A stretch of DNA of 64,000 nucleotides from an uncultured Methanosarcinaceae archaeon (GCA_963833425.1 CAWHXP010000005.1:187902-251901), one strand, 5' to 3'; counted from the first letter of the stretch, positions 11,666 through 24,486 are shown. The notes: generated by a model not told the origin, from the sequence alone. A program made the numbers and translations.

Positions 11666-12326
11666 AAGCTGAATTAGGATTAAATGATCCTTATTTTTAA
11701 AAGTTAAATGCTAAATATTATCGAAAAACCAAATTTCGAATGGCTTAAATAAAGTCTACATATTCCCGTAAAAAGGCAGATTAACCCTGTTCTCCTGTAT
11801 GCTTCCTGAGGAACAAAAAGTAATCAGATCTTTCAAAGTAGAAAATATTTAATTTTTATACTGTTTTTCAAACCTGCTCTCACAAATATATTACAAAAAA
11901 ATTGATTGGTGATGGGGAGTGAATTCGAAAGAGTCAATGAGTGCGCTGAAGGTGAGTTAATGTAAGTTACAGAAAGTGAGTTGTGAAAATAAGCCATAGA
12001 AAATGAGCCCTAATAATTAGGTTTATTTATCGTTTTGTTTATCAAATTTAAAAAAGTACATTTCAAATGTTTGGGAAAAATAGATGACATTTTTGTGCTC
12101 ATAGTCTCCAATAACTCATCCTCAAAACAATAATTTAAGAAATTATAAACTTGTAATTTTTTATTATTCCAGAGTTCCAAGGCAAAGATTATTTAACGGC
12201 TTTATTTATATATTGCTCTAATCTCGTATTTCTTAGCATATTCGTAATTTTTTACTTTAAAACGAATATATATATATCCTCTGAAGTAATCTAAATTCAT
12301 CTGTCTTAATCAATATTATAGAGGAG

Positions 12327-13703
12327 ATGGTAGGCATAAAATCAATAATTCTCGCAGGCGGCTCAGGAATGCGACTTTGGCCCCTCAGCAGGGAAATGTG
12401 TCCCAAACAATTTTTAAAATTGGGTAAATTTTCTCTCTTCCAGGAGACTGTGCTTCGCTGTCTTGAAATTTCCGATATCTCGGAAATTTTTGTTGTGACC
12501 AATGAAGAACAAAAATTTTTCGTAATTGACCAAATTAAAGAAATAGGATATTCGATTCCTACTAAAAATGTCTTAATAGAGCCTGAAAGCAAGAATACAC
12601 TTCCTGCAATCTTCTTTGGAATGAGAGAAATTGAGAAAAAATTTGGGAATTCCATAGTAGGAGTCTTTTCTTCAGATCATGTCCTTGATATATCTGCGAT
12701 GAAAATAATTTCTTCAGCTGAAAATCTGACTTCTGATTTTCTTGTTACCTTCGGAGTTGTTCCCATTTCCCCTCATACAGGATATGGCTATATTAAAACA
12801 TCAGAATTTTGTGAACCGGGATATAAGGTTTCAGAATTCAGAGAAAAGCCGGATTTAGAAACTGCCGAGAAATATATTAAAGAAGGTTGTCTTTGGAATA
12901 GTGGAATGTTCCTCTTCAAGACTGAGATTTTCTTTGAAGAAGTTAAAAAACATGCGCCATCTGTATTCGCCTGTTTTGATAAATATGAGAACATTAATGA
13001 AATTTATGAAAATGTGAAGAAAATTTCCATTGATTATGGAATAATGGAAAAATCCGATCGAGTAGTAGTTGTAGAGCTAGACCAGAAATGGAGCGACCTT
13101 GGGAATTTTTCGGCAATTTATGATGAGCTCGAAAAAGATTCTGTAGGGAACGTTGTCTATGAATGTGATCCTTTACTACTTAATTCTGATGGAAACTTGA
13201 TATATTCAAAATGTGGCAAAATTGTTTCACTCATAGATATTAAGGACATGATCGTCGTTGATACCAATGATGCTCTACTAATCTGTCCCAAATCTAGTAG
13301 TCAAAAGGTGAAGGAGATTGTCTCTGAGCTTAAGAACAGGAATGATCAGAGAGCATATATCGGGCAGACAGTCTACCGGCCATGGGGTTCTTATACTTTA
13401 CTAGAAGAATCTCAAGGGCATAAAATAAAGAATATCACTGTACTTCCTGATCAGAAGCTAAGTCTCCAACTTCATTACCACAGAAGTGAGCACTGGGTAA
13501 TTATAAAAGGGATGGCTTGGGTTGAAGTTAATAACCAGAAGTTTTTCCTGAGGCCTGGAGAAGGTACTTTTATAAAAGCCGGTGAAAAACACAGGTTGTC
13601 TAATCCTGGGAAGATGCCGCTTGAGATTATTGAGGTGCAGTTCGGAGAACTTTTGGAAGAAACAGATATTGTTAGGTTTGATGATTTGTATGGAAGGAGC
13701 TGA
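12327..13703 (+). CDS. manC: Mannose-1-phosphate guanylyltransferase / mannose-6-phosphate isomerase
   Basis: LAGGSGxRLWPLSR, WNSGMF, SIDYGIMEK, C-terminal cupin RPWG..SLQLHYHRSEHW. Confidence 0.95.
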   Translation: MVGIKSIILAGGSGMRLWPLSREMCPKQFLKLGKFSLFQETVLRCLEISDISEIFVVTNEEQKFFVIDQIKEIGYSIPTKNVLIEPESKNTLPAIFFGMREIEKKFGNSIVGVFSSDHVLDISAMKIISSAENLTSDFLVTFGVVPISPHTGYGYIKTSEFCEPGYKVSEFREKPDLETAEKYIKEGCLWNSGMFLFKTEIFFEEVKKHAPSVFACFDKYENINEIYENVKKISIDYGIMEKSDRVVVVELDQKWSDLGNFSAIYDELEKDSVGNVVYECDPLLLNSDGNLIYSKCGKIVSLIDIKDMIVVDTNDALLICPKSSSQKVKEIVSELKNRNDQRAYIGQTVYRPWGSYTLLEESQGHKIKNITVLPDQKLSLQLHYHRSEHWVIIKGMAWVEVNNQKFFLRPGEGTFIKAGEKHRLSNPGKMPLEIIEVQFGELLEETDIVRFDDLYGRS

Positions 13704-14492
13704 TGCGAAGCTCATAATCTTATAGCATTAGACTAAAAAACATTTGTTTCGCATAATTTTCGTAATGAGACCCCTGTTATTTATATCGCTAAAAAACCAA
13801 CTAAAGTCCTATATCTATGTTGGATAATTGATATTAAACCTGAATAAATTGTACTTGTAGGATGCCACACGGAACAAATAAATTTTACTTTGGCATATAT
13901 TATGAAGAGAAGGCAACTATTCAAGTAGTCTTGTGGATAATTAATTAAGTTTTTAATAAATAAAGTTCGTCTAGTTACTCAAAAACTATCTAATAAAATT
14001 TAGATGAAGTTCGATGCATTTGAGCATTGAGAGCTTGAATTTTTTTAACAATGATTTTAACTTATGAAAACTATTACTGATTTTGCTCTTCAAGATGAAT
14101 ATATAATTATTCGGTTAGTTTGAAACAAACTTGCTGAAATTTATTTCTTAATTAATTAAAATTTTTTTCGCATAATCTTAGAGTCCATATATTTTAACAA
14201 AAAAGTTTTCTGAAACAAACCTGAAGCTGAAGCAAACACCGTGCTAAACTGATTTTATTACAGCAAGAGAAATTAACACAATAATATGGAGTCTTGTTAC
14301 GAATAGCAAGATATACTAAGACGAAATCGGATATCAAAAGAGCGAAATTCGTAAGAGAAAGATTGTTGAGACTGAGACATTCTCATTTGATACATGTATA
14401 AAAATAACTAGTAAAATAATCGCAATCATGGATAACAAGAATGGATGAAGAATACTTTAGGAATCAGTTTAGTCGCTTGCTTATATTTTAAA

Positions 14493-15179
14493 TCAGGAGC
14501 AAGATATCAATAGAGCTCTCGCAGGTGCGCCGTCACAATCTTCAATTTTCAGAGGCAAGCACAGGAAAAAATAAATCCCTGCTTCCACCAAACTGAGCTC
14601 TAGGCACTCCACTATGTTTACGTTTCCTGAAAGTAGTATTCTGTGAGCAGGCAGGATTTTTGAATGAAAATTATCGATGGAAAAGCTGTCTATTCCAACA
14701 GTTTTGAACTTCTTTTCGACAATCCATGATGCTGCACTTGCGTCAAGATATGTGGAGCCAAACTCTTTTTTCCTTGAATCCTTATTTTGATAGCCGATAT
14801 CCTCGGTACCTTTTTGTTTACGAGACGAATTTTTTGTTTTCAGAAGCAGAATTGAAACATCTTCAGAAGCCCCTACATTCTGGAGAGTTTTTTCAAGAAT
14901 ATCGGCAGTCAATGAACCTTTCAATGAAGAATAATCGAGAATTACTGCTATTCCCATCAAGCTATCCAGTTCCAATTTGTCAACAGGTATGCCGGTGCTC
15001 AAGACATGAGAAGGAGCATCTACATGCGTGCCTGTATGGCTTTCTAAAATCAACTTAGATACCACATAGCCTTCATTTTCAAGAGTACAGATACTCTCGA
15101 TTATAGGTTCTTGGTCTCCTGGGAAGATTTTCGTAAAAGGAGAAATTGGGGTTGAAATGTCGATGACTTTTCTCTTCAT
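14493..15179 (-). CDS. Cyclase family metal-dependent hydrolase (kynurenine formamidase-like)
   Basis: HTGTHVDAPSH, VGIDSFSID, LPLKIEDCDGAPARA. Confidence 0.9.
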   Translation of the reverse strand: MKRKVIDISTPISPFTKIFPGDQEPIIESICTLENEGYVVSKLILESHTGTHVDAPSHVLSTGIPVDKLELDSLMGIAVILDYSSLKGSLTADILEKTLQNVGASEDVSILLLKTKNSSRKQKGTEDIGYQNKDSRKKEFGSTYLDASAASWIVEKKFKTVGIDSFSIDNFHSKILPAHRILLSGNVNIVECLELSLVEAGIYFFLCLPLKIEDCDGAPARALLISCS

Positions 15180-15591
15180 CAGAATCTTCTCCACGATAGC
15201 ATCTTATTCCATATGGATAAAGTATTTGTTCATGCACTAATATGTATTCCACGCATAGAGTGAATTTTTTATGATCTATTTTTGAAAGCTCGTTTCCCTC
15301 ATAAATTGTTCTCGCAGTAAAGATATTCTTGTATTTTCTACACTTTTTGCAACCGAAAACAGAGATATGTAAGATCTTTTTTGACAACAATAAATCTTCG
15401 ATACCTTATTATGCTTAGTTTCTGAGATATATTGTTTCTTTAATTAAATTTTCCTCATCCAGGGTACATGTATAACCAAAAAAGCTGATTTTCCCACCAG
15501 TTAGTCGATTTTATTCCCGAAATACACATCGTACCATTTTTTTGGTTTCTAACAAATCTTATATATAACAAAAGAATATGGTGACTCAGGC

Positions 15592-16653
15592 ATGGAAAAG
15601 CGCACTGAATACGAAACTGGCTCTTTTAGTAGTTACCTTTCCAAAGGCTGCAGGCTTTGCCAGGAGGGGGCAAAAATGGTACTCTTTGTAACAGGCCTTT
15701 GCCCAAAAAGCTGTTTTTATTGCCCACTTTCCGATGAAAAACGTGGGAAAGATATTGTTTTTGCAAACGAGAGACCCGTAAAAAGCGATGAGGACATCCT
15801 TAAGGAAGCTGTGCTTATGGATGCTCTGGGGACTGGAATTACAGGTGGTGAACCACTTCTGAAAATCGAAAAAGTCCTACACTACATTCGAATTCTGAAA
15901 TCTTCTTTCGGACAGGATCACCATATCCATCTCTACACTTCTCAGAGTCCTGACAGGCAGATACTTAAAAAACTTGCTGACGTCGGCCTTGATGAAATTC
16001 GGTTACATCCACCACAAGAAATCTGGTTAGATCTAAAACACAGTTATTATGCTGATAGCTTACAAAATGCAAAAAAACTTGGTATAGATGCTGGAATTGA
16101 GATTCCTTCCATTGAAGGAACAGAAAAAGTTGCAGCTTTTGCAGAATATCTAGGAGTTTTCCTTAACCTGAATGAATTAGAGTTTTCCGACAATAATTCA
16201 AAAGCTCTCCTAAAAAACGGTTTTTCCCTTAAATCAGATACTTCCAACGCGGTTGCAGGCTCCCATAAATATGCTGAAGCTACTTCCTCCATATGCAAAA
16301 GAGTACATTTTTGTTCTTCAATCCATAAGGATGCAGTCCAGCTACGTAAAAGGTTTCAGCGAATTGCAAAGAATATGGCAAGAGAGTTTGATGAAATCAC
16401 TGGAGACGGTACTCTTGTATATGGAATTATTGAACACGTAGATCCAAAACTTACAGAAAAGATACTGATGGACATGGAAATTCCATTAGAATTGTTTGAA
16501 GTAAAAAACGGGAGAATAGAAATAGCTTGGTGGATCCTTGAAGAACTAAAGGAAGATATTAAAGAAAAATTAAAATCACTTGGTGCCAGGCTTCTCATTA
16601 TTGAAAGATATCCATTTGAAGATGGATTACTTGTAGAACTGATTCCTCTTTAA
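15592..16653 (+). CDS. Radical SAM protein (conserved archaeal family)
   Basis: CPKSCFYC motif, GITGGEPL, LDEIRLHP. Confidence 0.9.
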   Translation: MEKRTEYETGSFSSYLSKGCRLCQEGAKMVLFVTGLCPKSCFYCPLSDEKRGKDIVFANERPVKSDEDILKEAVLMDALGTGITGGEPLLKIEKVLHYIRILKSSFGQDHHIHLYTSQSPDRQILKKLADVGLDEIRLHPPQEIWLDLKHSYYADSLQNAKKLGIDAGIEIPSIEGTEKVAAFAEYLGVFLNLNELEFSDNNSKALLKNGFSLKSDTSNAVAGSHKYAEATSSICKRVHFCSSIHKDAVQLRKRFQRIAKNMAREFDEITGDGTLVYGIIEHVDPKLTEKILMDMEIPLELFEVKNGRIEIAWWILEELKEDIKEKLKSLGARLLIIERYPFEDGLLVELIPL

Positions 16654-16694
16654 GGATTGTGTACCTGGAAAATATAGTGCTAAGGAAAATAATC

Positions 16695-17170
16695 AAAGTT
16701 CCAGCTTGTTCCCCGCTACAAGCAACTGCATATATTTATACCTCTCTCTATAGATAAATTATTCAAAATCAAATATTCTAATTTGTCTATATGATTCTTC
16801 TTCTCCATAGGTCCCTGATTTTCAACATAGTTTTTTATTAAATCGAAAGTTGTACCATAATCCATAATTCCAATGTAATACCCCTCAGTCCAAAGTTTAC
16901 AATCCAAAAGCTGTATTTTAATCCCGTGTCATTTTTTTTAATTCTTATTGCTACGCTACTTTGTACAATCTGCATCACTCTTGAAGGGAAATATTTTTTT
17001 CAAAATCAATGGAAAGATGTACTTAGATATCATTAGTACAGATTGTATCAAAATCAAAAGTACATTCGACTAATTCCAAAGCGAATATATTTAAAATATT
17101 TGATGATAGCACTGTCTTAAAAAAATAGTTTACTGTACTTAATACAAAAACCCGATTAGATCTTATTTCC
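16695..17170 (-). mobile_element. IS200/IS605 TnpA remnant
   Basis: KLWTEGYYIG..TTFDLIKNYVENQG; upstream part broken by stops. Confidence 0.7.
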
Positions 17171-18399
17171 TTAAAAAAGATTATATTAAATATCTACATT
17201 TTTATATTGTAAAGGTGGATTGAAATATATAGCCATTACTTTCATTAGCGATTTTTGGAAAAGTTCCCACTTCCGTAGCAAGTTATGGTGCATTCGACTG
17301 GAATAAACGAAGGTTTTCTTAACCTCACTCTTTTTTAAACATTGAAAGTATCGCATTTTGGACAGAAAGTTCGTTCCAATTTCGGTTTTCAAAACATTCT
17401 TAAAATCGATAGTTGAATTGCCATCATAGTTCAAAATGTGACTTGAGAACATATGTAAAATTATTTTTGGAATAATTCCACTACCCAAATAGATTGAATA
17501 ATCCAAATTATCAAAAATAGTAAACAAATATTGTGGTTTAGGCATTAAATTAAAGTTTTAATGATAATAATCATCAGCATATTCTGTGAAAAATAGCAGC
17601 AATGTTTTTACTAGATATGACGATAATATTTTTCCTCCAAGTTTGGGTTATATCAGAAAAATAAGACGATGGTGCATACGGGTCAATAAGCGGCTCTTGG
17701 ATTGTAGTAATAAGTGATTGATACGTTCTTCAGGATAGAGTTAGCCAATCTACTTCTTTTACATGTCCGAGCTTCTAATAAAACATCACGTTGTTGTTGA
17801 CTAAAAATGTAACTCGAAGTACATATGGTGTCGAGCAACCTGTAAAGGATAGGTTACGCTTGATGGGCCGCACGCCCGGAGCCTTGGGAATAGTTTAGTA
17901 TCCTTTGACAATTCTTTAATATGGAGTTGCATTCCCATCTCATGTACCCATTATACCAAGAACATAGAAATTCTCAGTTGATGAATGTATAAAAATAAGT
18001 CGTGGGATAATAGTAATTATGGGGGGGAAATGGTGGAGATGGTATGTGATGAGATAACGCCGTGTACTTTTATACCAAATAATGAAAGAAAAATTGTCAC
18101 AATTCTGGAAAAAGAGACTGAAATGAATACTTGAGGAACAGTTTATTCAGAGACTTCAATAAAAAAATTAAAAGAAAATATCTAAATTCATTAATGTATA
18201 CTTAGTGCAGAAAAATGTAAAGATACGGGGAATTAACCAAATATTTAATAAAGTTGGAAGATCAAATGGTAAGAATAAGAGGGATGTAGTGTTAAAAATA
18301 GATCAAGATATAACGAAATTGGAATTATTTACAAAAACAGAGGAATATGCCCCTATTCTATTAAATACAAATTGTACGTTTTTTTATTGCCTTACAATC

Positions 18400-19300
18400 A
18401 AATGAATGTTTTACAACATGAAATTTTGGCCAATCTGATTAAGAATAGATAAATTCTTGAATATATGGATTATATGCAATTTACTCTGTGTATGTCTCAT
18501 TGCATAGATTTACAGTGCACCATAATATGGAAAACTGTGACAAAACTTTAAAAATTCTCAAAAAAATGTCAGTTGCTTCTATTTATTAGTATATACAAAA
18601 AAATTGATCAGTATATTAATTTCAGACAAGTTTTAGATCTAGATGAAAAATACAATGCAAAATCAACTATTTATTTGTCGTCTGTGATTCAGTGAATGGG
18701 GATTTTACATTCATAATTGAGGCTCTGATGGAGAAATGGGTTATATTTTTAGTGGAGGATGGAGTAGAACTGACAGTATGTATGGGGGATATGACAACCC
18801 ATAGAAATCAAAAGAAAAAACAAAAGCTAAAAAGTGCTCAAAAAAAATATTAGTTTCATAAATCGTTATTTGCAGTTCAAAAATCCGAAAATTTGTGAAC
18901 TGCTGGCAAAAGCAGGCTTTACTTATGATTCCACTTTCAGTTGTCGTAATTGTTCCGGATTCTGGAAATAAATGCCACCCTTTCGGTCCATATTAAACCT
19001 TAACACAAGAGAAGAAATTGATATCTCTAATCCCCTCTAAACATGATCGATACAATTCATTTCAGCCAGATGGATCTAGACTTCAAACAAGCATGGGAAC
19101 CTACAGAAAAGCTTATCTTTACAATTAAAAGTCACGGAAAAGTGCCTGCCATCATCTGACATAACGCATCTATGCAAGCACATCTACTCAAGAGACCTAT
19201 TGGATCTGATATAACAATTTTGCAATATTGTTACTAGAAGGGGGTCTGGATGACATCTGAAACTCAGAGTTGCCCCTAATGGCAGAAAAATTATGGTACT
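18400..19300 (+). pseudogene. Polysaccharide deacetylase family gene, heavily degraded
   Basis: Fragments LDEKYNAKST, RYLQFKNP..ELLAKAGFTYDSTF and IPLNMIDT; located in a glycan locus. Confidence 0.6.
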
Positions 19301-19420
19301 ATAAACAAAATGAATTAAAAAATAATTTCAAAGAAAAAGCATAATCTGCGATAAAGGTAATCTACCTCAAAAAAATGATTATTTAATTAGCAAGTAATTT
19401 GTATATTAAAATTTATTATT

Positions 19421-21364
19421 ATGTGGGGATGTATGAGAACTGTCAAAAAATATTCAGAGAAATTTACTCAAAACTTTGACTTAATTCTCAGTTTCACGGG
19501 AATTGGTTTAGGATTATTGATTGTTTCTTTGTATTATCTAGTCAATTTACACCAAAAAGACATTGGACTTGCTATTTTATCTTCCTGTTTAATTTATGCC
19601 CTATTTAGAAAGAAATTTAAAAATGAGACTTCAATATATTCAGGAGAAGACAGACTAAAAAGCGTTTTGAATCTTTCATTTTATATCTTTTTCCTTATAT
19701 GCATATTAATATACAACATGAATATGTATTACAGGCCTATATCTTATTTTATACTGATATGCATCCTAGCGGGCATTATAGCCTCCGAGATTCTTTATGT
19801 TAGAGAGGGAGATAAGGTAAACTCTATATTGTTACAGATATTGTTGCTTTCAATCCTCATAAGAGCCGGAATTTTTTATAATTTTCCTAGCCTCATGGGT
19901 TATGATGCATATTTTCATGCGAATATGGCACGTATAATTACTAATACTGGATTTATTGCTCCTTTTCAAATAAGTGATAAGTATTTCTATTACCCGCTTG
20001 CTCATATCTTCATTTCAGCCACCCAGATACTAGGCAAAGTAGATATAAAAGACGCATTTTTTTATTCCATAGGATTTGCTAATATTTTCATCACTGCAGG
20101 TATTTACCTCATAGGAAATAAACTTGAAGGCCCTCAAATGGGTTTACTGGCAGCTTTATTAATAAACTTAAATAACCAAAATATTGTTGCAGGAATTGCA
20201 AACATAACTCCAGGTTCCCTTGTTTTTTGCTACTTTATATTTGTTATATATGCAATTTACAGCGAAAAACAAGAATTGAAGTATATAGGATTCATACTAT
20301 TAATTACCATTTTGATGATTTTGACTCACCAATTGACTACCTTTGTGGTACTTTTCGCTTTGGTAACAATATATCTAGGCAGATATCTCCATAACCATTT
20401 GTACAAGAATTCTCCTTCCGAGATAACTGGTTTTAATTATATTCTGTTTTTTGTAGTTAGTATGCAAACTTACTGGATGTTTACATACGTCAGCCCGAAT
20501 ACTTCTTTTTTTGCGATGATTTTCAAGCCACTCATGGAAGTATTTCATGTAGGAGCAAATTACTCAAGAGACGAACTGATTTTAGGCTCCGTAACCAACC
20601 AAGGGACATTAGAAGCTCTTTTACTCCATATAAGCTATCTAATTCTACCTTTTTTTGCAATTGGAGGAGTTTTAGAGTGGTTTTCTCAAGAAAATGTCAA
20701 AAAAATCAACAAATTTTCAGTTGCTTTAGTGGTCATAATTCTATATATTTTTGCTTACGGGATTCCCTTACTCGGGATGAGGAATTTTCTGACAAGCCGA
20801 TGGTTTCCATTGATATCAGTATTTTTGGTGCTAGTGGCTGCTTCATATATACTGAAACTGGTAAGCCTTTTTAATCTCAGAAAAGCAAGAACTTTCTCAA
20901 TCTTCACAATAGTTCTATTGTTTTCATTTTTTATGGTTACAACACCGGGCATCAATAAAGACAATCCTATTGTAGCAAAGGATACTACCATAAGAAATCA
21001 ATTCAAAGATATCGAAATTCAGGCTATTAAAACAGTATCCAAAGCCTACTATGGGAACATAATGATGGATTCTCCTTATATCAGTTGCATTTTTTACAGT
21101 GATTCTGGATATAATCCAAATAACGCAACCTATTTTAACATTCATAATATACAGACCAAAGAGATTGATGGGAATTCGATGGTCCTACTGAGAAAATCCA
21201 CTATGAATGAACCTGTTTCCATCAACGATCCTAACCGTTATGGGATAAATTTTATCCAGGCACTGCCAATAGAATTTTTCAAAAGGTTTGAAGCACCGGA
21301 TTATGCGTTGGTATATGATAATGAAGAGGTATTAGCCTATTTAAAAGAAAAAAATAGACACTAG
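19421..21364 (+). CDS. Polytopic membrane protein of a surface-glycan locus (GT-C fold / polymerase-like)
   Basis: More than 10 hydrophobic segments; GYDAYFH, YYPLAHI and LTHQLT motifs; directly upstream of the flippase. Confidence 0.65.
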   Translation: MWGCMRTVKKYSEKFTQNFDLILSFTGIGLGLLIVSLYYLVNLHQKDIGLAILSSCLIYALFRKKFKNETSIYSGEDRLKSVLNLSFYIFFLICILIYNMNMYYRPISYFILICILAGIIASEILYVREGDKVNSILLQILLLSILIRAGIFYNFPSLMGYDAYFHANMARIITNTGFIAPFQISDKYFYYPLAHIFISATQILGKVDIKDAFFYSIGFANIFITAGIYLIGNKLEGPQMGLLAALLINLNNQNIVAGIANITPGSLVFCYFIFVIYAIYSEKQELKYIGFILLITILMILTHQLTTFVVLFALVTIYLGRYLHNHLYKNSPSEITGFNYILFFVVSMQTYWMFTYVSPNTSFFAMIFKPLMEVFHVGANYSRDELILGSVTNQGTLEALLLHISYLILPFFAIGGVLEWFSQENVKKINKFSVALVVIILYIFAYGIPLLGMRNFLTSRWFPLISVFLVLVAASYILKLVSLFNLRKARTFSIFTIVLLFSFFMVTTPGINKDNPIVAKDTTIRNQFKDIEIQAIKTVSKAYYGNIMMDSPYISCIFYSDSGYNPNNATYFNIHNIQTKEIDGNSMVLLRKSTMNEPVSINDPNRYGINFIQALPIEFFKRFEAPDYALVYDNEEVLAYLKEKNRH

Positions 21365-21459
21365 ATATTAATTCCATAATAAATTTTGTTTATTTATTGA
21401 TCATCAGACTGAAAAAATATACTTAAAATTTTGAGTTATATTTCAAGGTTGTAAATAAC

Positions 21460-22950
21460 ATGTTAGAACCTAATAAGGCGTCAAATTTTATCGCCAACGT
21501 ATTAAAACTCGTATCTGGGAGTGTTACTGCACAGATCTTGGGTATACTCCTTGTACCTTTAATTACCAGGATTTACAGCCCCGAAGATTTAGGAATTTTT
21601 CAGCTTTTTCTATCAATATCGGGTATATTGATAATCTTTTCTACTTTTTCATATCAGTTTGCTATAATGTTACCCAAAACAGAGGAAGATTCTGCAAACG
21701 TTGCTTTCCTCTGTGCAATATTGGTAACCCTTACTTCTTTACTCACAACTGTAGCGGTGTTTTTCCTTCCAAAAGATGTTGAGCATATGCTCAATGCTCC
21801 AGGAATTTCAAAATACTTAATTTACATTCCAGCAATAACGTTCTTTAACGGCATTTTTTTCGTTCAGAATTACTGGCTTTCAAGAAAGATTCGTTTTGGA
21901 GTTATAGCAGGATCCAGAATATTAAATACAGTGTCAACCAAAGCATTCCAGTTATTTATCCCTGTCTGGAATGTATCTCCCTTAGGTCTGATAGCAGGAT
22001 ATGTTGCAGGATATGGATTTGCAGACTTGTTCATGCTCAAAGGCGCAAAAAATGACTTGAAGATTTTCAAGGGAATATCATTCAAAAAAATGAAAGATAT
22101 GGCTATTGAATACAAAAATTTTCCGTTGTTTAGTTCTTGGTCTACACTTGCAAACTCGATTTCGCCACAAGTACCTACGTTTTTGCTTGCATATTATTAC
22201 GGAACGAGCGCTGTAGGATATTTTTCACTTGCAAATCAGGTTGTGAATTTGCCTATGGGACTTCTCGGGACCGCTATACAGCAGGTTTTTTTTCAGAAAA
22301 TAAGTGAAGTTAAAAATGGAAACGATCCTGGAGATATGAAAGTTATAGTTAGTGAGGTTTATAAAAAACTGATTCTAATAGGGGTATTCCCGATGATACT
22401 CCTACTGATTCTTGGAGGAGAGATATTTACATTTGCTTTCGGAAAAAGCTGGTATACATCGGGTATATACATAAAGATACTTGTACCGTGGATATTTCTT
22501 GTCTTCCTGTCCTCGCCTATTTCGACTCTTTACAGTGTATTCGATAAACAGGGAGTTTGGCTAACCTTCAGCATATTTCTCTTAATCTCAAGAGTCGTAG
22601 CATTGGTAATAGGAGGAATTTATGGGAGTCCGGAATTTGCCCTTGGCCTTTTTAGTTTTACAGGAATTTTATTCTGGCTCTGGAACAATGCATATTTGTT
22701 GAACCTTGTAGGGATTAATAAAATTGAAAGCGTAAAAATACTTGGTAAGTATACGGCAATCGGTATTTTTGTTTCGATTCCGTTAATTCTGCTGGAAGTA
22801 TTCTCTGTGAACTTTTATGTTATCCTCATTACAGCAGTGATCATAACACCTATATATTATGTTATAACCTTGCACGATGACCCAAGATTCAAGAAAATAT
22901 TCTCGGCTTTTCTTGTGAACGTAAAGAAAAAAAACATGGGAAGAATATAA
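21460..22950 (+). CDS. Oligosaccharide flippase (Wzx/RfbX family)
   Basis: LITRIYSPEDLG, VGYFSLA, many TM segments. Confidence 0.9.
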   Translation: MLEPNKASNFIANVLKLVSGSVTAQILGILLVPLITRIYSPEDLGIFQLFLSISGILIIFSTFSYQFAIMLPKTEEDSANVAFLCAILVTLTSLLTTVAVFFLPKDVEHMLNAPGISKYLIYIPAITFFNGIFFVQNYWLSRKIRFGVIAGSRILNTVSTKAFQLFIPVWNVSPLGLIAGYVAGYGFADLFMLKGAKNDLKIFKGISFKKMKDMAIEYKNFPLFSSWSTLANSISPQVPTFLLAYYYGTSAVGYFSLANQVVNLPMGLLGTAIQQVFFQKISEVKNGNDPGDMKVIVSEVYKKLILIGVFPMILLLILGGEIFTFAFGKSWYTSGIYIKILVPWIFLVFLSSPISTLYSVFDKQGVWLTFSIFLLISRVVALVIGGIYGSPEFALGLFSFTGILFWLWNNAYLLNLVGINKIESVKILGKYTAIGIFVSIPLILLEVFSVNFYVILITAVIITPIYYVITLHDDPRFKKIFSAFLVNVKKKNMGRI

Positions 22951-23080
22951 ACATTTGTAGAGATCTTGTAAAAGGGGTTGCAGAGCTTCAGTCCGGAAAA
23001 AAATATATAATATAATAATTGAATAAACTATTTTCAGGAAAATCCAAATTTTTATATTTATGAGAAAATTTGTCATTTCA

Positions 23081-24088
23081 TTATCCTGTTCCCACATGAG
23101 TACTTTTGTATAGTGTTTTCAGGATTGAACACCTTTTGCTATCCAGAGTTACACTGTAATAAGGTATTACTTCAGGAGAAAAGCCCATGATAAAGTCCGC
23201 AAATCTGGGAACGTTTCCTGCCATGACATTCATATATTCAAAATTTCTGGATTGCAAGTCAAGAAACTCATTATAATAAAGAAGAGTATTAGCGCCCATT
23301 CGGCTAAACGACGGATTAAGGGCAGAAGACCAGGTAACAGTGCACTTCTTTCCGTAGAGATTTAAATGAGCTGCGACTGTTTCTCCGTCTGGAGTTTCGG
23401 AAACAAACATGTAACCAATATATTTCTCCTGAATAAGATTAAAAATTCTATCGAAAAACTCCCTAGGAACTGGTGTTTCCATGTTCTGTTTTTCATATAC
23501 CATCGAAAGTAGATCATAATATGTTTCAGAATTATTTTTGATCCGTGTCTTTAGTCCCGCATCAGCTGCAGATTTAAGTTCCCTACGAATTTTTCTTGAA
23601 ATATTATTATCAACATTTTCTTTCAGGTTTAGATAGTGGGTATAGTGAACATTTGAGTCCCACCCGTTCCATGTAAATGGTCTGATGTCCTCAAGACCTG
23701 GCGAAAACACTAGATGAATACTATCAAAACCTTGTCTACAGAGAAATTCCCTAAGGGGGTTAAGAATTTCGTGAGTTTCCTGTACTCGTTTGCTTTTTTT
23801 GGAGATCGCACTTTCTTTTATTAGGGGTCCACAATAGTCAGTCATATTACAGGTGGAAGATCCTATTTTGAGTATCCCTTTGAGGTTCTTAACAAAGAGT
23901 GGGCATCCTCCAACAAGCTCATCATTTCTAAAACAACCATAAATCCTGAGATCTCTGAAAAGGACGTCCCTACAGATTTCAAGCCACTGACTGGTGTGAA
24001 AGAGTGTACCCGATTGAGCTTTTTCTACAAGCAGATCCCATTCTTTGTATTCTGACGGCGCTAATTCTCTAACTTCAATTTTTTCCAT
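23081..24088 (-). CDS. GNAT family N-acetyltransferase (FemAB-like)
   Basis: WDLLV..SGTLFHTSQW, two GNAT-like halves; glycan-locus context. Confidence 0.8.
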   Translation of the reverse strand: MEKIEVRELAPSEYKEWDLLVEKAQSGTLFHTSQWLEICRDVLFRDLRIYGCFRNDELVGGCPLFVKNLKGILKIGSSTCNMTDYCGPLIKESAISKKSKRVQETHEILNPLREFLCRQGFDSIHLVFSPGLEDIRPFTWNGWDSNVHYTHYLNLKENVDNNISRKIRRELKSAADAGLKTRIKNNSETYYDLLSMVYEKQNMETPVPREFFDRIFNLIQEKYIGYMFVSETPDGETVAAHLNLYGKKCTVTWSSALNPSFSRMGANTLLYYNEFLDLQSRNFEYMNVMAGNVPRFADFIMGFSPEVIPYYSVTLDSKRCSILKTLYKSTHVGTG

Positions 24089-24486
24089 TATAAAACCCGT
24101 GTAATAGATGTTTGTTTTTATCTTTAGTATTTTATATAATAACTATACGATTTAACTGAAAAACTAGCGGGCCGCTTTCAAAATAAATCCTTTGTCTAGG
24201 GGAAAATAAATTGATCTGGGATAAATTTCAAAGCTATGCTTGTGAACATAATTTGGAATCTTATTACTTAGCATCGGGGCAATTAAATTATAAAACATAA
24301 TACTTGGATAGTTTCTAATCAAAATGAAGAGATCCATAGCTTATATAGATGGTGAATAATCAAGTGATATCCGGATAGTTTTCCTAGCATGCTTACTTGT
24401 AAACTTTCAGTTTATTTTTTTATAATTATTTATTCTATTTGTCCATGTAACTACTTCACAGGTAAATGTTACATGTGACTCGTCTA

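Noticed and set aside
13742..14220. Possible third MITE family (TTTCGCATAA ... TGAAACAAAC)
   Set aside because: Ends too short and degenerate to pair confidently.
17186..17950. Degraded minus-strand coding-like region
   Set aside because: No family motif recognisable.
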